Assembly: GCA_045540255.1 (NCBI GenBank)
Contig: JAZQGZ010000084.1
Span: 14,042-78,041 of the forward strand
Direction: 5' to 3'
Length of the DNA stretch: 64,000 bases
Source: Oscillospiraceae bacterium
Lineage (GTDB): Bacteria > Bacillota > Clostridia > Oscillospirales > Ruminococcaceae
Position 1 is the first letter of the stretch. Each line of letters opens with the position of its first letter. Below, one piece after another: positions 30,336 through 39,677 of this stretch. A program made the translations under genes and the position numbers. The notes under the pieces are model-generated. The model did not search any database. It saw nothing but the letters and a program-made list of their open reading frames with translations, and was not told the origin of the DNA.

Positions 30336-30364
30336 ATTATACATCATAACGTGACTAATGTCAA
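30336..30364 (-). promoter_or_regulatory. Consensus sigmaA promoter for the UbiA/polyprenyl synthase operon
   Basis: Minus strand: -35 TTGACA (30364-30359), 17-nt spacer, -10 TATAAT (30341-30336). Both hexamers are perfect consensus. Confidence 0.55.
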
Positions 30365-30477
30365 GCATTTTCCACATTATTCGACACAATGAAAAAACAC
30401 TATAGCTGAAGAAAAAACAATCGTGATAGCACATAAAAGTATGGTCTAATACAAAAAGAAGACCCCAACACGCTTAA

Positions 30478-31017
30478 TTAAGTTCGTTTTGCATCGCCGA
30501 AGCGCTGGAAGTGAACTACCTCACGCTCGCGGAGAAATTTTATCACTTCATTCACATCGGGGTCATCAGATAACCTGAGGATATTGTCATAGGTAGCTCT
30601 GGCCTTTTGCTCGGCAGCCAGGTTTTCATGCAGATCCGCAATCGGATCTGCTTTCGCCTGGAAGTATGCTGCAGTAAACGGAACACCACTTGCATTGACA
30701 GGATATACCGCGTTGGCGTGATCCACATAATAGTCACCCTTGCCGTATTTATCAAAGCTTCTTGCGCCCTCTCCGTCTGTAAGCTGGCCGACGATACTGC
30801 CAATTATTTCCAGGTGGGCAAGTTCCTCAGTGCCGATATCTGTCAGAAGAGCCTTTCCCATATTATCGGGCATTGTAAAACGCTGCGAAAGATACCTTAA
30901 CGATGCCGTGAGTTCACCATCAGGACCGCCGTACTGCGATAATATGATACCTGCAAGCTTAGGATTTCTGTTTCTTATGCAAACAGGGATTTGTGTACGT
31001 TTTTCAAAAATAAACAT
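30478..31017 (-). CDS. cotJC: Manganese catalase-family spore coat protein CotJC
   Basis: 179 aa. Ferritin-like motifs GELTASLRYLSQ, EELAHLE and REREVVHFQRF. Follows cotJA-cotJB. Confidence 0.9.
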   Translation of the reverse strand: MFIFEKRTQIPVCIRNRNPKLAGIILSQYGGPDGELTASLRYLSQRFTMPDNMGKALLTDIGTEELAHLEIIGSIVGQLTDGEGARSFDKYGKGDYYVDHANAVYPVNASGVPFTAAYFQAKADPIADLHENLAAEQKARATYDNILRLSDDPDVNEVIKFLREREVVHFQRFGDAKRT

Positions 31018-31030
31018 CAGCTCACCTCAC

Positions 31031-31357
31031 TTATACACTTTTGGGCGGCCACACTCCATCAGGCCAATCCCAACAACCGTCTTTACCTGCACTGCATTCA
31101 GTAAGGGGATAAAAAGTGTCCTCAAAAGCGGCTTTGCACGCCTTATACTGCTTGCATGCCTCGCGGAACATCTCTATTGCACGTGTATCCTCAGGATGTG
31201 TGTTAAGATAAAGCTTCAGATCAAGCGCAAAGAAATGCGACTCCATAATTGCTTTCATAAGCTCAGCACAACTCGCGTTGCTTTTGTTATTCTCATGGTC
31301 ATCGTTATTACGTGCATACTGTGGCACAACACGACGCTGGTTGATATTATTTACCAT
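31031..31357 (-). CDS. cotJB: Spore coat protein CotJB
   Basis: About 108 aa. LMKAIMESHFFALDLKLYLNTHPED is typical of CotJB. The ATG at 31357 overlaps the cotJA end. Confidence 0.8.
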   Translation of the reverse strand: MVNNINQRRVVPQYARNNDDHENNKSNASCAELMKAIMESHFFALDLKLYLNTHPEDTRAIEMFREACKQYKACKAAFEDTFYPLTECSAGKDGCWDWPDGVWPPKSV

Positions 31358-31520
31358 TGTACAGCCCCCTTTCATATTCATCAATAGTGATATTCAATTC
31401 AGGAAAAATAGTACCGGCTTTCAATGCGTTGTTCGGTGAATACACCTTATCAAGCTTCTGAATAGGGACATAAGCGTAACCCGGCATTACCTTTAGTTTG
31501 CTATCTTTGATATAGTCCAT
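31347..31520 (-). CDS. cotJA: Spore coat-associated protein CotJA
   Basis: Not in the ORF track (57 aa). Own translation: MDYIKDSKLKVMPGYAYVPIQKLDKVYSPNNALKAGTIFPELNITIDEYERGLYNGK. It has the CotJA-like YVP.Q...Y.P..AL..GT.FPEL pattern, and GGAGGA lies before the ATG. Confidence 0.7.
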   Translation of the reverse strand: MDYIKDSKLKVMPGYAYVPIQKLDKVYSPNNALKAGTIFPELNITIDEYERGLYNGK

Positions 31521-31653
31521 TTTGTCCTCCTTTCAAGGTCCATCGATGCGCCGTTTAGCATCATTACATTATATGAATACATAGATTTTCGGTTACAGCA
31601 CATAAAAACCTGTCCGCATTAATAGAATTATACCGAAAGGACAGGTACAGGAT

Positions 31654-33375
31654 ATGAACAATAAAACGTACATTAAAAATACTGCACTGCTTTTTGCCGC
31701 CATGGCTGTAACAAAGATAGTGGGAGCAATTTTCAAAATACCTCTTGCTAACGTACTGGGCGGAACAGGAATGGGCTATTTTTCTACTGCTTATGGATTG
31801 TATTCGCCTGTTTTTGCAATCACTGCAGCAGGTGTGCCTACAGTCATGGTACGTCTTACCGCCCAAAATCTGGCACTTGGAAGACTCCAAAACTCAGCAC
31901 GCGTTAAACGCACTGCACTAGTTCTGTTTTCATTGGTCGGTGCCTCAGGAATGGTAATGATCTGGCTATTGGCAGGAGTGTTCTCGCGCAAAATCGCCTG
32001 TTCGCCGGAAAGCGCACCTGCTGTAATAATGATTGCACCTGCTGTTTTCTTCTGCTGTATAGGGGCAGTAATACGTGGCTATCACGAGGGAATGTCCAAT
32101 GTAATACCATCAGCAACAGCGAATGTTATAGAATCTGTTTCAAGGGCGATCATCGGCCTGATCCTTTCGTATGGCATTATTGGATATGCAAAGTATTGCT
32201 TTGATAACGGTTTACCTGTATCAGGAACTCATTACAACACTTATGACGATGCATATAACGCTGTCCTGCCAAGGGCTGCAGCCGCAGCAATATTCGCAGT
32301 TACATTAAGTGAGATATGCGGCCTTATCATACTTATACTGCTGGACAGAAGAAAAACCAAATCCGCAGTACTCAACGCCGAACCGTTCTTACAGCGAAAA
32401 AGCGACATCGTTGTATGTATTATTAAGGAAACTATACCTGTCGCAGGATTTGCATTGGTACTCAACTGTTTTTCATTTATCGATCTGATAACGGTAACAC
32501 GCACTATTGATACCACTATAAAAAACGATCCCGAATACTTCATGCGTGCTTACAGTACGCTTTTTGAATCAGGCATTAAAGCAGATGGTATAGCCAACTT
32601 CATGTATGGCAGTTATACAGGAATAGCAATGTCACTATTTATGCTCATTCCATCTTTTGCAGGAATGACAGAAAAAACTGCAATCCCCGAGATAGCAGCT
32701 GCATGGGAGCGTAAAGATCTTCCGACTCTGGAACGGAAGATATGTATACTTATGAAAACTACTGCACTTATAGGCTTCCCCGCGTGCTTTGGAGCCGCCG
32801 CTATTGCCGAACCGATACTCAAACTGCTTTATCCTTCACGTGCAGCCGAAGTACTTGCCTGCAAAAACGGCTTTATAGTTCTATGTCTGTGCGGAATGTT
32901 TTTGATATCTACATCGGTATTATCCAGCGTTTTTCAGGCGATCGGCAAATCATATATTCCCATATTCACCACGGTGACAGCAGTTGCAATTAAAGCGATC
33001 CTTAATCCACTACTGATAGGAATTCCTCAACTGAATGTCACCGGCGCCGCGTTTGCCACCGTTGCTGCTTACCTTGTATCCATGACAATCAGTCTTATCA
33101 TTCTCAATAAATATTTAAGAGTAACAAAACTACTGAAGGAATATGTCCTGCCACTGATTTGTGCAGCGTTCTGTGCAGCAACTGCCGTATCGATAAGCAC
33201 GGTCTTAACAGGTGTAAATACCCTTATTGTGGTTGTATCAGCGGTTTCAGGGGCTATCATAGTTTATGTATTATTACTAATAATAACAGGTGCTTTTCGT
33301 ACAACTCCAATAAGAAAACATCAAAATCGAAAAAAAAGTGGAAAAGGGCTTGCAAAATCTCAAAAAATAGGGTAA
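31654..33375 (+). CDS. MOP-superfamily flippase (MurJ/SpoVB/YabM-like polysaccharide biosynthesis protein)
   Basis: 573 aa with about 14 predicted TM segments. Occupies the position of B. subtilis yabM, upstream of the mazG-yabO-yabP-yabQ-divIC block. Confidence 0.85.
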   Translation: MNNKTYIKNTALLFAAMAVTKIVGAIFKIPLANVLGGTGMGYFSTAYGLYSPVFAITAAGVPTVMVRLTAQNLALGRLQNSARVKRTALVLFSLVGASGMVMIWLLAGVFSRKIACSPESAPAVIMIAPAVFFCCIGAVIRGYHEGMSNVIPSATANVIESVSRAIIGLILSYGIIGYAKYCFDNGLPVSGTHYNTYDDAYNAVLPRAAAAAIFAVTLSEICGLIILILLDRRKTKSAVLNAEPFLQRKSDIVVCIIKETIPVAGFALVLNCFSFIDLITVTRTIDTTIKNDPEYFMRAYSTLFESGIKADGIANFMYGSYTGIAMSLFMLIPSFAGMTEKTAIPEIAAAWERKDLPTLERKICILMKTTALIGFPACFGAAAIAEPILKLLYPSRAAEVLACKNGFIVLCLCGMFLISTSVLSSVFQAIGKSYIPIFTTVTAVAIKAILNPLLIGIPQLNVTGAAFATVAAYLVSMTISLIILNKYLRVTKLLKEYVLPLICAAFCAATAVSISTVLTGVNTLIVVVSAVSGAIIVYVLLLIITGAFRTTPIRKHQNRKKSGKGLAKSQKIG

Positions 33376-33426
33376 TATATAAAAGGTCGCCTTAAACCGC
33401 AGTATCAAAGGCTTGGAGAAGATTTT

Positions 33427-34218
33427 ATGTTTGAATTTAAAGAAAAATATAATATTGACGACTTGCTTGAGATAATGGCTCTGCTTCGTTCTGAAAACGG
33501 TTGTCCATGGGATAAAGTTCAGACCCATGAGAGCATACGCACAGATCTTATCGAAGAAACTTATGAGGTATGTGAGGGTATTGACAGCAACAGCCCCGAA
33601 ATGCTTCGTGAGGAATTGGGTGATCTTCTGCTTCAGATAGTGTTTCATTCCCAGATAGAGCGTGAGGCAGGAAACTTTACATTTGATGAGGTCTGCAACG
33701 ATATTTGTCAGAAGCTTGTTTACAGACATCCCCATGTATTCGGGGAAGTAAAGGTAAGCGGCAGCGATGATGTGCTGAAAAACTGGGATGCCCTGAAAAA
33801 GGAATCGAAGCAACAGGAAACCTATACCGATACACTAAAAAGTGTTCCAAAGAACTTTCCCTCCCTGCTGCGCGCAGAGAAAGTCTGCAAACGTGCTTAC
33901 AGATCAGGAATGCCGATCAACGATGCAGGAAAAAGCGCAGACCGTATTCGTGATCTGCTTGATCAGCTTGATCTTAGCGGTAACGAAGAGAGTGTTTCTG
34001 AAAATCAACGAATATGTGGAGAGATTTTGTTAAATTTTAGCAATTTAGACAGAATTTTAAAAATAGATGGCGAAAAAGCCTTGACATATTCGACGAATCG
34101 GTTTATAATGTTATTTGAAGCCATGGAAAAATGTGCAATTGAAAGTGGCAAAAAATTAGATGAGTGTACAGACGAAGAATATGAATCACTCATAAAAAAA
34201 GTATTCAACGGTCAATGA
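33427..34218 (+). CDS. mazG: Nucleoside triphosphate pyrophosphohydrolase MazG
   Basis: 263 aa. Tandem MazG domains (EETYEVCEGID, ELGDLLLQIVFH, KLVYRHPHVF). Confidence 0.9.
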   Translation: MFEFKEKYNIDDLLEIMALLRSENGCPWDKVQTHESIRTDLIEETYEVCEGIDSNSPEMLREELGDLLLQIVFHSQIEREAGNFTFDEVCNDICQKLVYRHPHVFGEVKVSGSDDVLKNWDALKKESKQQETYTDTLKSVPKNFPSLLRAEKVCKRAYRSGMPINDAGKSADRIRDLLDQLDLSGNEESVSENQRICGEILLNFSNLDRILKIDGEKALTYSTNRFIMLFEAMEKCAIESGKKLDECTDEEYESLIKKVFNGQ

Positions 34219-34250
34219 CCGTTAGATAGATTATTTGGAGGTTTAAAATT

Positions 34251-34526
34251 ATGACAAAGGCAGAATTAGTAACAATGGTAGCATCCAAGTCCGGTCTTTC
34301 CAAGAAGGATACAGAGAAGGCAATCGCAGGCATGATCGACACAATCACCGAGACACTCGCTAAGGGTGAGTCCATCCAGCTCGTAGGCTTCGGTACATTC
34401 GAGGTTCGTGATCGTGCAGCAAGAACTGGTATCAACCCCAGAACAAAGGAAAAGATCGAGATCGCTGCTACAAAGGTTCCCGCTTTCAAGGCAGGCAGAG
34501 CTCTCAAGGATGCTGTTGGCGAATAA
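34251..34526 (+). CDS. hup: DNA-binding protein HU
   Basis: 91 aa. LVGFGTFEVRDRAARTGINPRT and VPAFKAGRALKDAV are canonical HU sequences. Confidence 0.95.
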   Translation: MTKAELVTMVASKSGLSKKDTEKAIAGMIDTITETLAKGESIQLVGFGTFEVRDRAARTGINPRTKEKIEIAATKVPAFKAGRALKDAVGE

Positions 34527-34549
34527 TTCGTAGCTTAGTTTATTCAGAT

Positions 34550-34580
34550 AGCGGCTGTCTACAATGGCAGCCGCTTTTGA
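34550..34580 (+). terminator. Rho-independent terminator after hup
   Basis: Stem AGCGGCTG/CAGCCGCT followed by TTTT. Confidence 0.6.
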
Positions 34581-34597
34581 TTTAGGAGGGATATTTG

Positions 34598-34837
34598 ATG
34601 AGACTTGATAAATACCTAAAGGTTTCCCGTCTTATAAAACGAAGAACTGTTGCAAACGAGGCCTGTGATGCTGAAAAGGTTACTGTAAACGGAAAAATTG
34701 CCAGAGCCTCATACGAAGTCAAGACAGGCGATATCATTGAGGTCAATATCGGTGTAAAACCCCTTAAGGTACGTGTACTTGACATAAAAGAGTTTACTAA
34801 AAAAGAAGATGCAGCCGCTCTGTACGAAGTTATTTAA
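34598..34837 (+). CDS. S4-domain RNA-binding protein (YabO/Hsp15-like)
   Basis: MRLDKYLKVSRLIKRRTVA is an S4 motif. AGGAGGG lies 7 nt before the ATG at 34598. Confidence 0.85.
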   Translation: MRLDKYLKVSRLIKRRTVANEACDAEKVTVNGKIARASYEVKTGDIIEVNIGVKPLKVRVLDIKEFTKKEDAAALYEVI

Positions 34838-34859
34838 AAGCATATTTCCCCTTCCCTGC

Positions 34860-34887
34860 GAATAGTATGTATAGAAGGACATACTAT
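34860..34887 (+). promoter_or_regulatory. Possible sigmaE-type sporulation promoter for yabP-yabQ
   Basis: GAATA, 15-nt spacer, then CATACTAT, which resembles the B. subtilis sigmaE -10 consensus CATACA-T. Recalled from memory, by analogy only. Confidence 0.25.
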
Positions 34888-34904
34888 CCACAGGGAGGTT
34901 TTTT

Positions 34905-35177
34905 ATGAAACTATCAGAAAACAGTATACCGCAGAATATAATTCTTGAAAACCGGAAAAAGCTGAGCATCTCAGGAGTAAAGGATATAGACTGTTTTACC
35001 GAGAACAAGGTTATACTGAACACCCATCTCGGAGAGCTTGTGATAAAAGGTATTGATCTGCATATAATCGCATTGGAAACTGAAACAGGAGATTTCTCTA
35101 TGACAGGCGAAATTGCATCTATGACTTATAACACCTTCAGCAGCAACGCGAATATATTCCGCAGATTATTCAGGTAA
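34905..35177 (+). CDS. yabP: Sporulation protein YabP
   Basis: 90 aa. NRKKLSISGVKDIDCFTENKVIL...GELVIKGIDLHI is the YabP pattern. Synteny with yabQ. Confidence 0.85.
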   Translation: MKLSENSIPQNIILENRKKLSISGVKDIDCFTENKVILNTHLGELVIKGIDLHIIALETETGDFSMTGEIASMTYNTFSSNANIFRRLFR

Positions 35178-35182
35178 CATAT

Positions 35183-35749
35183 ATGGTTTTCAATATACTC
35201 GACTGTTTTATGATCTCTTTCATCTGCGGCGCCTTTTTCGGACTTGTCTATGAGTTTTTCAGGATCATAAGGCGAATGTTTCCACTAACCGCGGTTATAT
35301 TTCTTTGCGATGTCTGTTTCTTTATTACCGCAGCTTTTTTTGTGTTCAATCTTTCAATGTACATCGGCAATTATATAAGAGTCTATACCCTGCTTGGATT
35401 TGGTGCGGGAGTCTTTACATATATAAACACATTGGGACGTATAATCTCTTTTACAGAAATGCTGATAATAAACTTATGGAATAATACCGTCGGAGCTTTA
35501 ATAATGAAGCTGATTAAAAGAACGCAAAACGCAATTGGAGTATTTGCACATATATCAGCTAACAAATTTAGAGCATTCGACGATTTTTCGAAAAGAACTG
35601 CTAAAAAGCTGCTTTCCCCCTTGCATTTTACACCTGATAAGATGTATAATGTAAAAAGAAATATAGTTTCTTCAGAAAGAAGAAGTAGGATTGCGGAAAA
35701 TAACGGGGGAAAAAATGTCATTCAAGCTAAGATCAGAAGAAGTCCGTGA
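35183..35749 (+). CDS. yabQ: Spore cortex biosynthesis protein YabQ-like membrane protein
   Basis: 188 aa. Hydrophobic N-terminal half. The call rests mainly on its position immediately after yabP. Confidence 0.65.
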   Translation: MVFNILDCFMISFICGAFFGLVYEFFRIIRRMFPLTAVIFLCDVCFFITAAFFVFNLSMYIGNYIRVYTLLGFGAGVFTYINTLGRIISFTEMLIINLWNNTVGALIMKLIKRTQNAIGVFAHISANKFRAFDDFSKRTAKKLLSPLHFTPDKMYNVKRNIVSSERRSRIAENNGGKNVIQAKIRRSP

Positions 35750-36047
35750 AGCTTCAGGCAAAAACGGGCTTGTTAAAATATTCGCTTATATCGCCGGTAC
35801 GATCCTTCTTGGTTTTATAGTTTTTTCTATAATTACAACCAATTCAAAGATCAACGAGAACAGACAGAGATATGAAGATCTTGTCAGTCAGACTGATGCT
35901 GTTCTTGAAGAAAACGCTTCAATAGAACGTTATCTTCACGATGATGCTAATATGGATGAATATATCGAAGAGATTGCCAGAGACAAACTTGATCTTGCCA
36001 ATCCCGATGAACGTGTATATTACATCGTTCCCTCATCAGGCAAATAA
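35715..36047 (+). CDS. divIC: Septum formation initiator family protein (DivIC/FtsB)
   Basis: One TM segment followed by a coiled coil (NENRQRYEDLVSQTDAVLEENASIERYL). The ATG at 35715 follows GGGGGA. Conserved position after yabQ. Confidence 0.75.
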   Translation: MSFKLRSEEVREASGKNGLVKIFAYIAGTILLGFIVFSIITTNSKINENRQRYEDLVSQTDAVLEENASIERYLHDDANMDEYIEEIARDKLDLANPDERVYYIVPSSGK

Positions 36048-36052
36048 TTATC

Positions 36053-36080
36053 AGGACATCACAACTGTGATGTCCTTTTC
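36053..36080 (+). terminator. Rho-independent terminator after divIC
   Basis: Perfect 10-bp stem AGGACATCAC/GTGATGTCCT, loop AACT, followed by TTTT. Confidence 0.7.
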
Positions 36081-36145
36081 ATTTGCATAATTCAAAGACT
36101 GAAGGAGAAATTAATCCTATACCGTCTTTTTAGGAAAGGCCTTGA

Positions 36146-37663
36146 ATGAAACTATTATCTACTGTTACAAAAATAATTTTCAGCCGCATATCTGTCTGCG
36201 CAATCGGAATAATACTGCAGGCAACATACCTCGCAGTGCTTTTCTGGACACTGGGAACAATGTTCTCGTACTCTTATTTCATTTTTCAGATACTTGGTAT
36301 ACTCACAGCACTTTATATTATGAATTCCGAAACCAGCCCCGCCTATAAGCCTATATGGGTATTTACTGTGTTATCGCTTCCGATACTCGGTTGTATGTTC
36401 TATTTATTCTACGGCAAGAAAAAGTCACGTTATCATAAAGCTATAAATACTCTTATCAGAAATACGCTAATTGACGAAGAAACTGCTGAAAGCCTTTTAC
36501 AATCAGATGTGAACGCTGCAAAGCAAGCGCACTATATCAGGCGCAACGGTATTTTCAGAATTTACTCAAATACACAGACAGTATATTTCCCAAGTGGCGA
36601 AGCTGTTTTCCCCGAGATCATTAAAGCTATCAGATCAGCGGAAACCTTTATTTTTATGGAGTTTTTCATAATCGAAGACGGAATAATGTGGAGCGATATC
36701 CTGCGAGAACTTGAAAAGAAAGCTCGCTCGGGAATCGATGTACGTATTATTTACGACGATATGGGTTGTCTTCTCACCTTGCCTAGGGACTATTACAATC
36801 AGCTTAAAGAAAAAGGCATCCAGTGCCGTGTATTCGGGCGCATCAAGCCGCTGTGGATATCAAAAATGAATAATCGTGATCATCGCAAAATACTGGTATG
36901 CGATGGAACAACAGCCTTTACAGGTGGCATAAATCTTGCAGATGAATATATAAACGCCTACGAAAAGCACGGCTATTGGAAAGATTCAGCGGTAATGCTC
37001 AAAGGTGAAGCATCTTCTGCTTTTACAGTTATGTTTCTGGACTTATGGAACAAGCTTTCAGATAGACCTATCCCCTGCCCCGATAAATATCTGTTCTCAT
37101 CCCCGACACGTGCAACCGGGTATGTGATCCCTTACTGCGACTCTCCCGAAGACGATGAACTTTTAGGCGAAAATATATATATTAACATGATTAATTCTGC
37201 CGAAAGATATGTCTATATAACAACACCCTACCTTATCCTCGACAGTGAGATAAGAGAAGCACTTATACTAGCTTCCAAAAACGGAATCGATATCAGAATA
37301 ATAACACCGCATATCCCTGATAAACGCTTTGTTTATGAAGTCACACAAGCCAACTACCATGCGCTGATAAAACACGGTATAAGGATATACGAATTTCAAC
37401 CCGGATTCATTCATGCAAAGAACTTCATATCCGATGATAAAACTGCTGTTGTAGGCACGATAAACCTTGATTACAGAAGTATATATCTGCACCATGAATG
37501 TGGTGTATGGATGCACGGTACAGACAGCATTAAGCAGATAAGAGAGGACTTCATACGCACACTTGACCAAAGCCGTGAAATCAGCCTCAAAGACATTAAC
37601 GAAACAAATATATTCAGAAGGATTATCAGATCTGTACTGATGATGCTTTCTCCCATGATGTGA
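36146..37663 (+). CDS. cls: Cardiolipin synthase
   Basis: 505 aa. Two N-terminal TM segments and two HKD motifs (HRKILVCDG, HAKNFISDD). Confidence 0.93.
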   Translation: MKLLSTVTKIIFSRISVCAIGIILQATYLAVLFWTLGTMFSYSYFIFQILGILTALYIMNSETSPAYKPIWVFTVLSLPILGCMFYLFYGKKKSRYHKAINTLIRNTLIDEETAESLLQSDVNAAKQAHYIRRNGIFRIYSNTQTVYFPSGEAVFPEIIKAIRSAETFIFMEFFIIEDGIMWSDILRELEKKARSGIDVRIIYDDMGCLLTLPRDYYNQLKEKGIQCRVFGRIKPLWISKMNNRDHRKILVCDGTTAFTGGINLADEYINAYEKHGYWKDSAVMLKGEASSAFTVMFLDLWNKLSDRPIPCPDKYLFSSPTRATGYVIPYCDSPEDDELLGENIYINMINSAERYVYITTPYLILDSEIREALILASKNGIDIRIITPHIPDKRFVYEVTQANYHALIKHGIRIYEFQPGFIHAKNFISDDKTAVVGTINLDYRSIYLHHECGVWMHGTDSIKQIREDFIRTLDQSREISLKDINETNIFRRIIRSVLMMLSPMM

Positions 37664-37665
37664 CA

Positions 37666-37697
37666 AAGCCGCCTCTGACAACGGTCAGAAGCGGCTT
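37666..37697. terminator. Bidirectional terminator between cls (+) and the GH5 gene (-)
   Basis: 14-bp stem AAGCCGCCTCTGAC/GTCAGAAGCGGCTT with one mismatch. Confidence 0.6.
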
Positions 37698-37708
37698 CAA
37701 TATTATCA

Positions 37709-39523
37709 TTAAGGTGCTTTTACTGTGAATGTAATAGAAATGCTTGCTACCATATCTTTCTTACCAAGTGGCATGATCTGTGCAGAACATCCTGTGAGGT
37801 CTCCATCGGGAGTTCTTGCATCGTCGGGAGGAGAGGAAACCCAACCATTGTACAGATTAACACGTGTACACTTACCATCATCAGAAGCTGTGTACTCCTT
37901 GCCTGCAAGCTCATAGGGAGCATTATTGATCAGTAATTTATCAATGGTAATTGTGTATCCGGGGAAGAAAGTTTCACCATTGGAGATACCAAGTGCTGCG
38001 AAAGCAGTACCATAAGCAGCTCCGGAGTCATTAAAGTCAAGACTTACGGTATATGTGCCTTCACCTGTTATCTGAACGTTCTGTGCTATAACGCCCTTTG
38101 TCTTGTTAGTGGGATCATAAGTATCGCCTACACTATATGTCTTGCTGTAGTCGTTGCTTGCAAACATGATCCAGGCGATAGCCATATCATCGGAGGGCGG
38201 AAGTTCCACATCGGAAGTAAATTCTTCCTCAGCTGCTTTGTAAGCATCCTCGATAGCCTGCTTTGCATTTGCCTTTACTTCATCGGTTGTCAGAGACTTT
38301 TCGTTTTCATAGCGACGCGAATCGAATATCTCTGCAACAGTTTCATCGGATGTAGTAAGAGTGCGGCGCTTGAAGAAGTCACTGCAATCCCAGAGCACAG
38401 GACAGAAATCATACAGATCACAGTTATTAAGAACGTTTGTATAGAAATCGTCCTTATCTTCCTTGTTTTTACCCATTACAGCGTATTCACCGATAACAAC
38501 ACCATATCCCTGCTCGGAGAACTTGCTGAGTCTCTCAAACAGTCCGTTCTGTTCCTTATAATCTGTAGGAGATCCCCACTGATTAACGCCATCTGTTCCG
38601 CAGTAATCCCAAGGTGTATAATAATGAACAGAAAGCAGAAGCTTGTTATCTGCTGTATCCTCGGGCATCTTGAAACGCTCATCACAGGTCATAGCAATAT
38701 CAGTATTGTATCCTGCTATAAGAAGAAAACGATCAGCGTTCTTTCCGCCTGTAGAGCGAATAAGCTTTACAAACTCACTGTTAATGAGGTTTGCTGTTTC
38801 GTAGCACTCATCCTGAGTAAGAATACCCTTGCTGCCTGTGATCTCCTTGTCATTGAGTCGGTCGCCGAGTTCCTCGTTGGCAGCTTCGAATATAAGCTTG
38901 TATGAGTAGTCCTTGAATCGTTCAGCGATCTGACTCCACATAGACTTGTAGAGTTCCATACCCTGTTCGCGTACAGCTTCATCTGCAGAGCCGAACATAC
39001 CCCACCAGCCACCATCCCAATGGTCGTTGATGATAACATACATATCAGCATCAAGTGCGTAGTTTACTACTTCCTCGACACGATCCATAAGTCTGCTGTC
39101 AATGGTATAATCGCCTGACTCAAAGTTGATGCCATTTGTCCATGCCACAGGGATTCTTAACGTATCAAAGCCGGCATCCTTCATGCCCTGTATCATTTCA
39201 GCACTTGTATAGGGCTGGCCCCAACCTGTTTCGAAATCAGCGGGATTCATACCGTTTACATAACCACTATGGTTGTACGCCTCCAGAGTGTTACCAAGAT
39301 TAGTACCATTACCCATAAGACGTATAACTTCTAACGAAGTAAGGTTATTCCCCTCAGCAATCACTGTATCGCCTCCATCTGAAGTACCACCGGCAGGAGC
39401 AGAAGTTGATGTGTCGGATGATGTTATGTTTTCTGAGCTGCTATCTGATGAGGTTTCTCCTCCACAGCCTACCGATGTCATCAGCATGACAGATGCAAGT
39501 AAAGTAACAAGAAGTCTACGCAT
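37709..39523 (-). CDS. Glycoside hydrolase family 5 endoglucanase lipoprotein with a C-terminal beta-rich module
   Basis: Lipobox LMTSVGC followed by a Ser/Thr-rich linker. GH5 catalytic signatures FEAANEELG (acid/base) and VVIGEYAV (nucleophile). The ATG at 39523 follows AGGAGGG. Confidence 0.88.
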   Translation of the reverse strand: MRRLLVTLLASVMLMTSVGCGGETSSDSSSENITSSDTSTSAPAGGTSDGGDTVIAEGNNLTSLEVIRLMGNGTNLGNTLEAYNHSGYVNGMNPADFETGWGQPYTSAEMIQGMKDAGFDTLRIPVAWTNGINFESGDYTIDSRLMDRVEEVVNYALDADMYVIINDHWDGGWWGMFGSADEAVREQGMELYKSMWSQIAERFKDYSYKLIFEAANEELGDRLNDKEITGSKGILTQDECYETANLINSEFVKLIRSTGGKNADRFLLIAGYNTDIAMTCDERFKMPEDTADNKLLLSVHYYTPWDYCGTDGVNQWGSPTDYKEQNGLFERLSKFSEQGYGVVIGEYAVMGKNKEDKDDFYTNVLNNCDLYDFCPVLWDCSDFFKRRTLTTSDETVAEIFDSRRYENEKSLTTDEVKANAKQAIEDAYKAAEEEFTSDVELPPSDDMAIAWIMFASNDYSKTYSVGDTYDPTNKTKGVIAQNVQITGEGTYTVSLDFNDSGAAYGTAFAALGISNGETFFPGYTITIDKLLINNAPYELAGKEYTASDDGKCTRVNLYNGWVSSPPDDARTPDGDLTGCSAQIMPLGKKDMVASISITFTVKAP

Positions 39524-39677
39524 AAATGCCCTCCTATAAGCATATCGCTTAAGAAATATACGGTGCAACCACCGTTAAAACGATTACATGACATATTCTA
39601 TCATGAAATTTGTATAAAATCAAGCCTTTTTGTGAAATTTTTTTAAATAAGTCGCGAAAATGCTAAATGTCACTTAT

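Noticed and set aside
33277-33813. 178-aa minus-strand ORF
   Set aside because: It is antisense to the end of the flippase gene and to mazG. It has no RBS. It is a shadow ORF.
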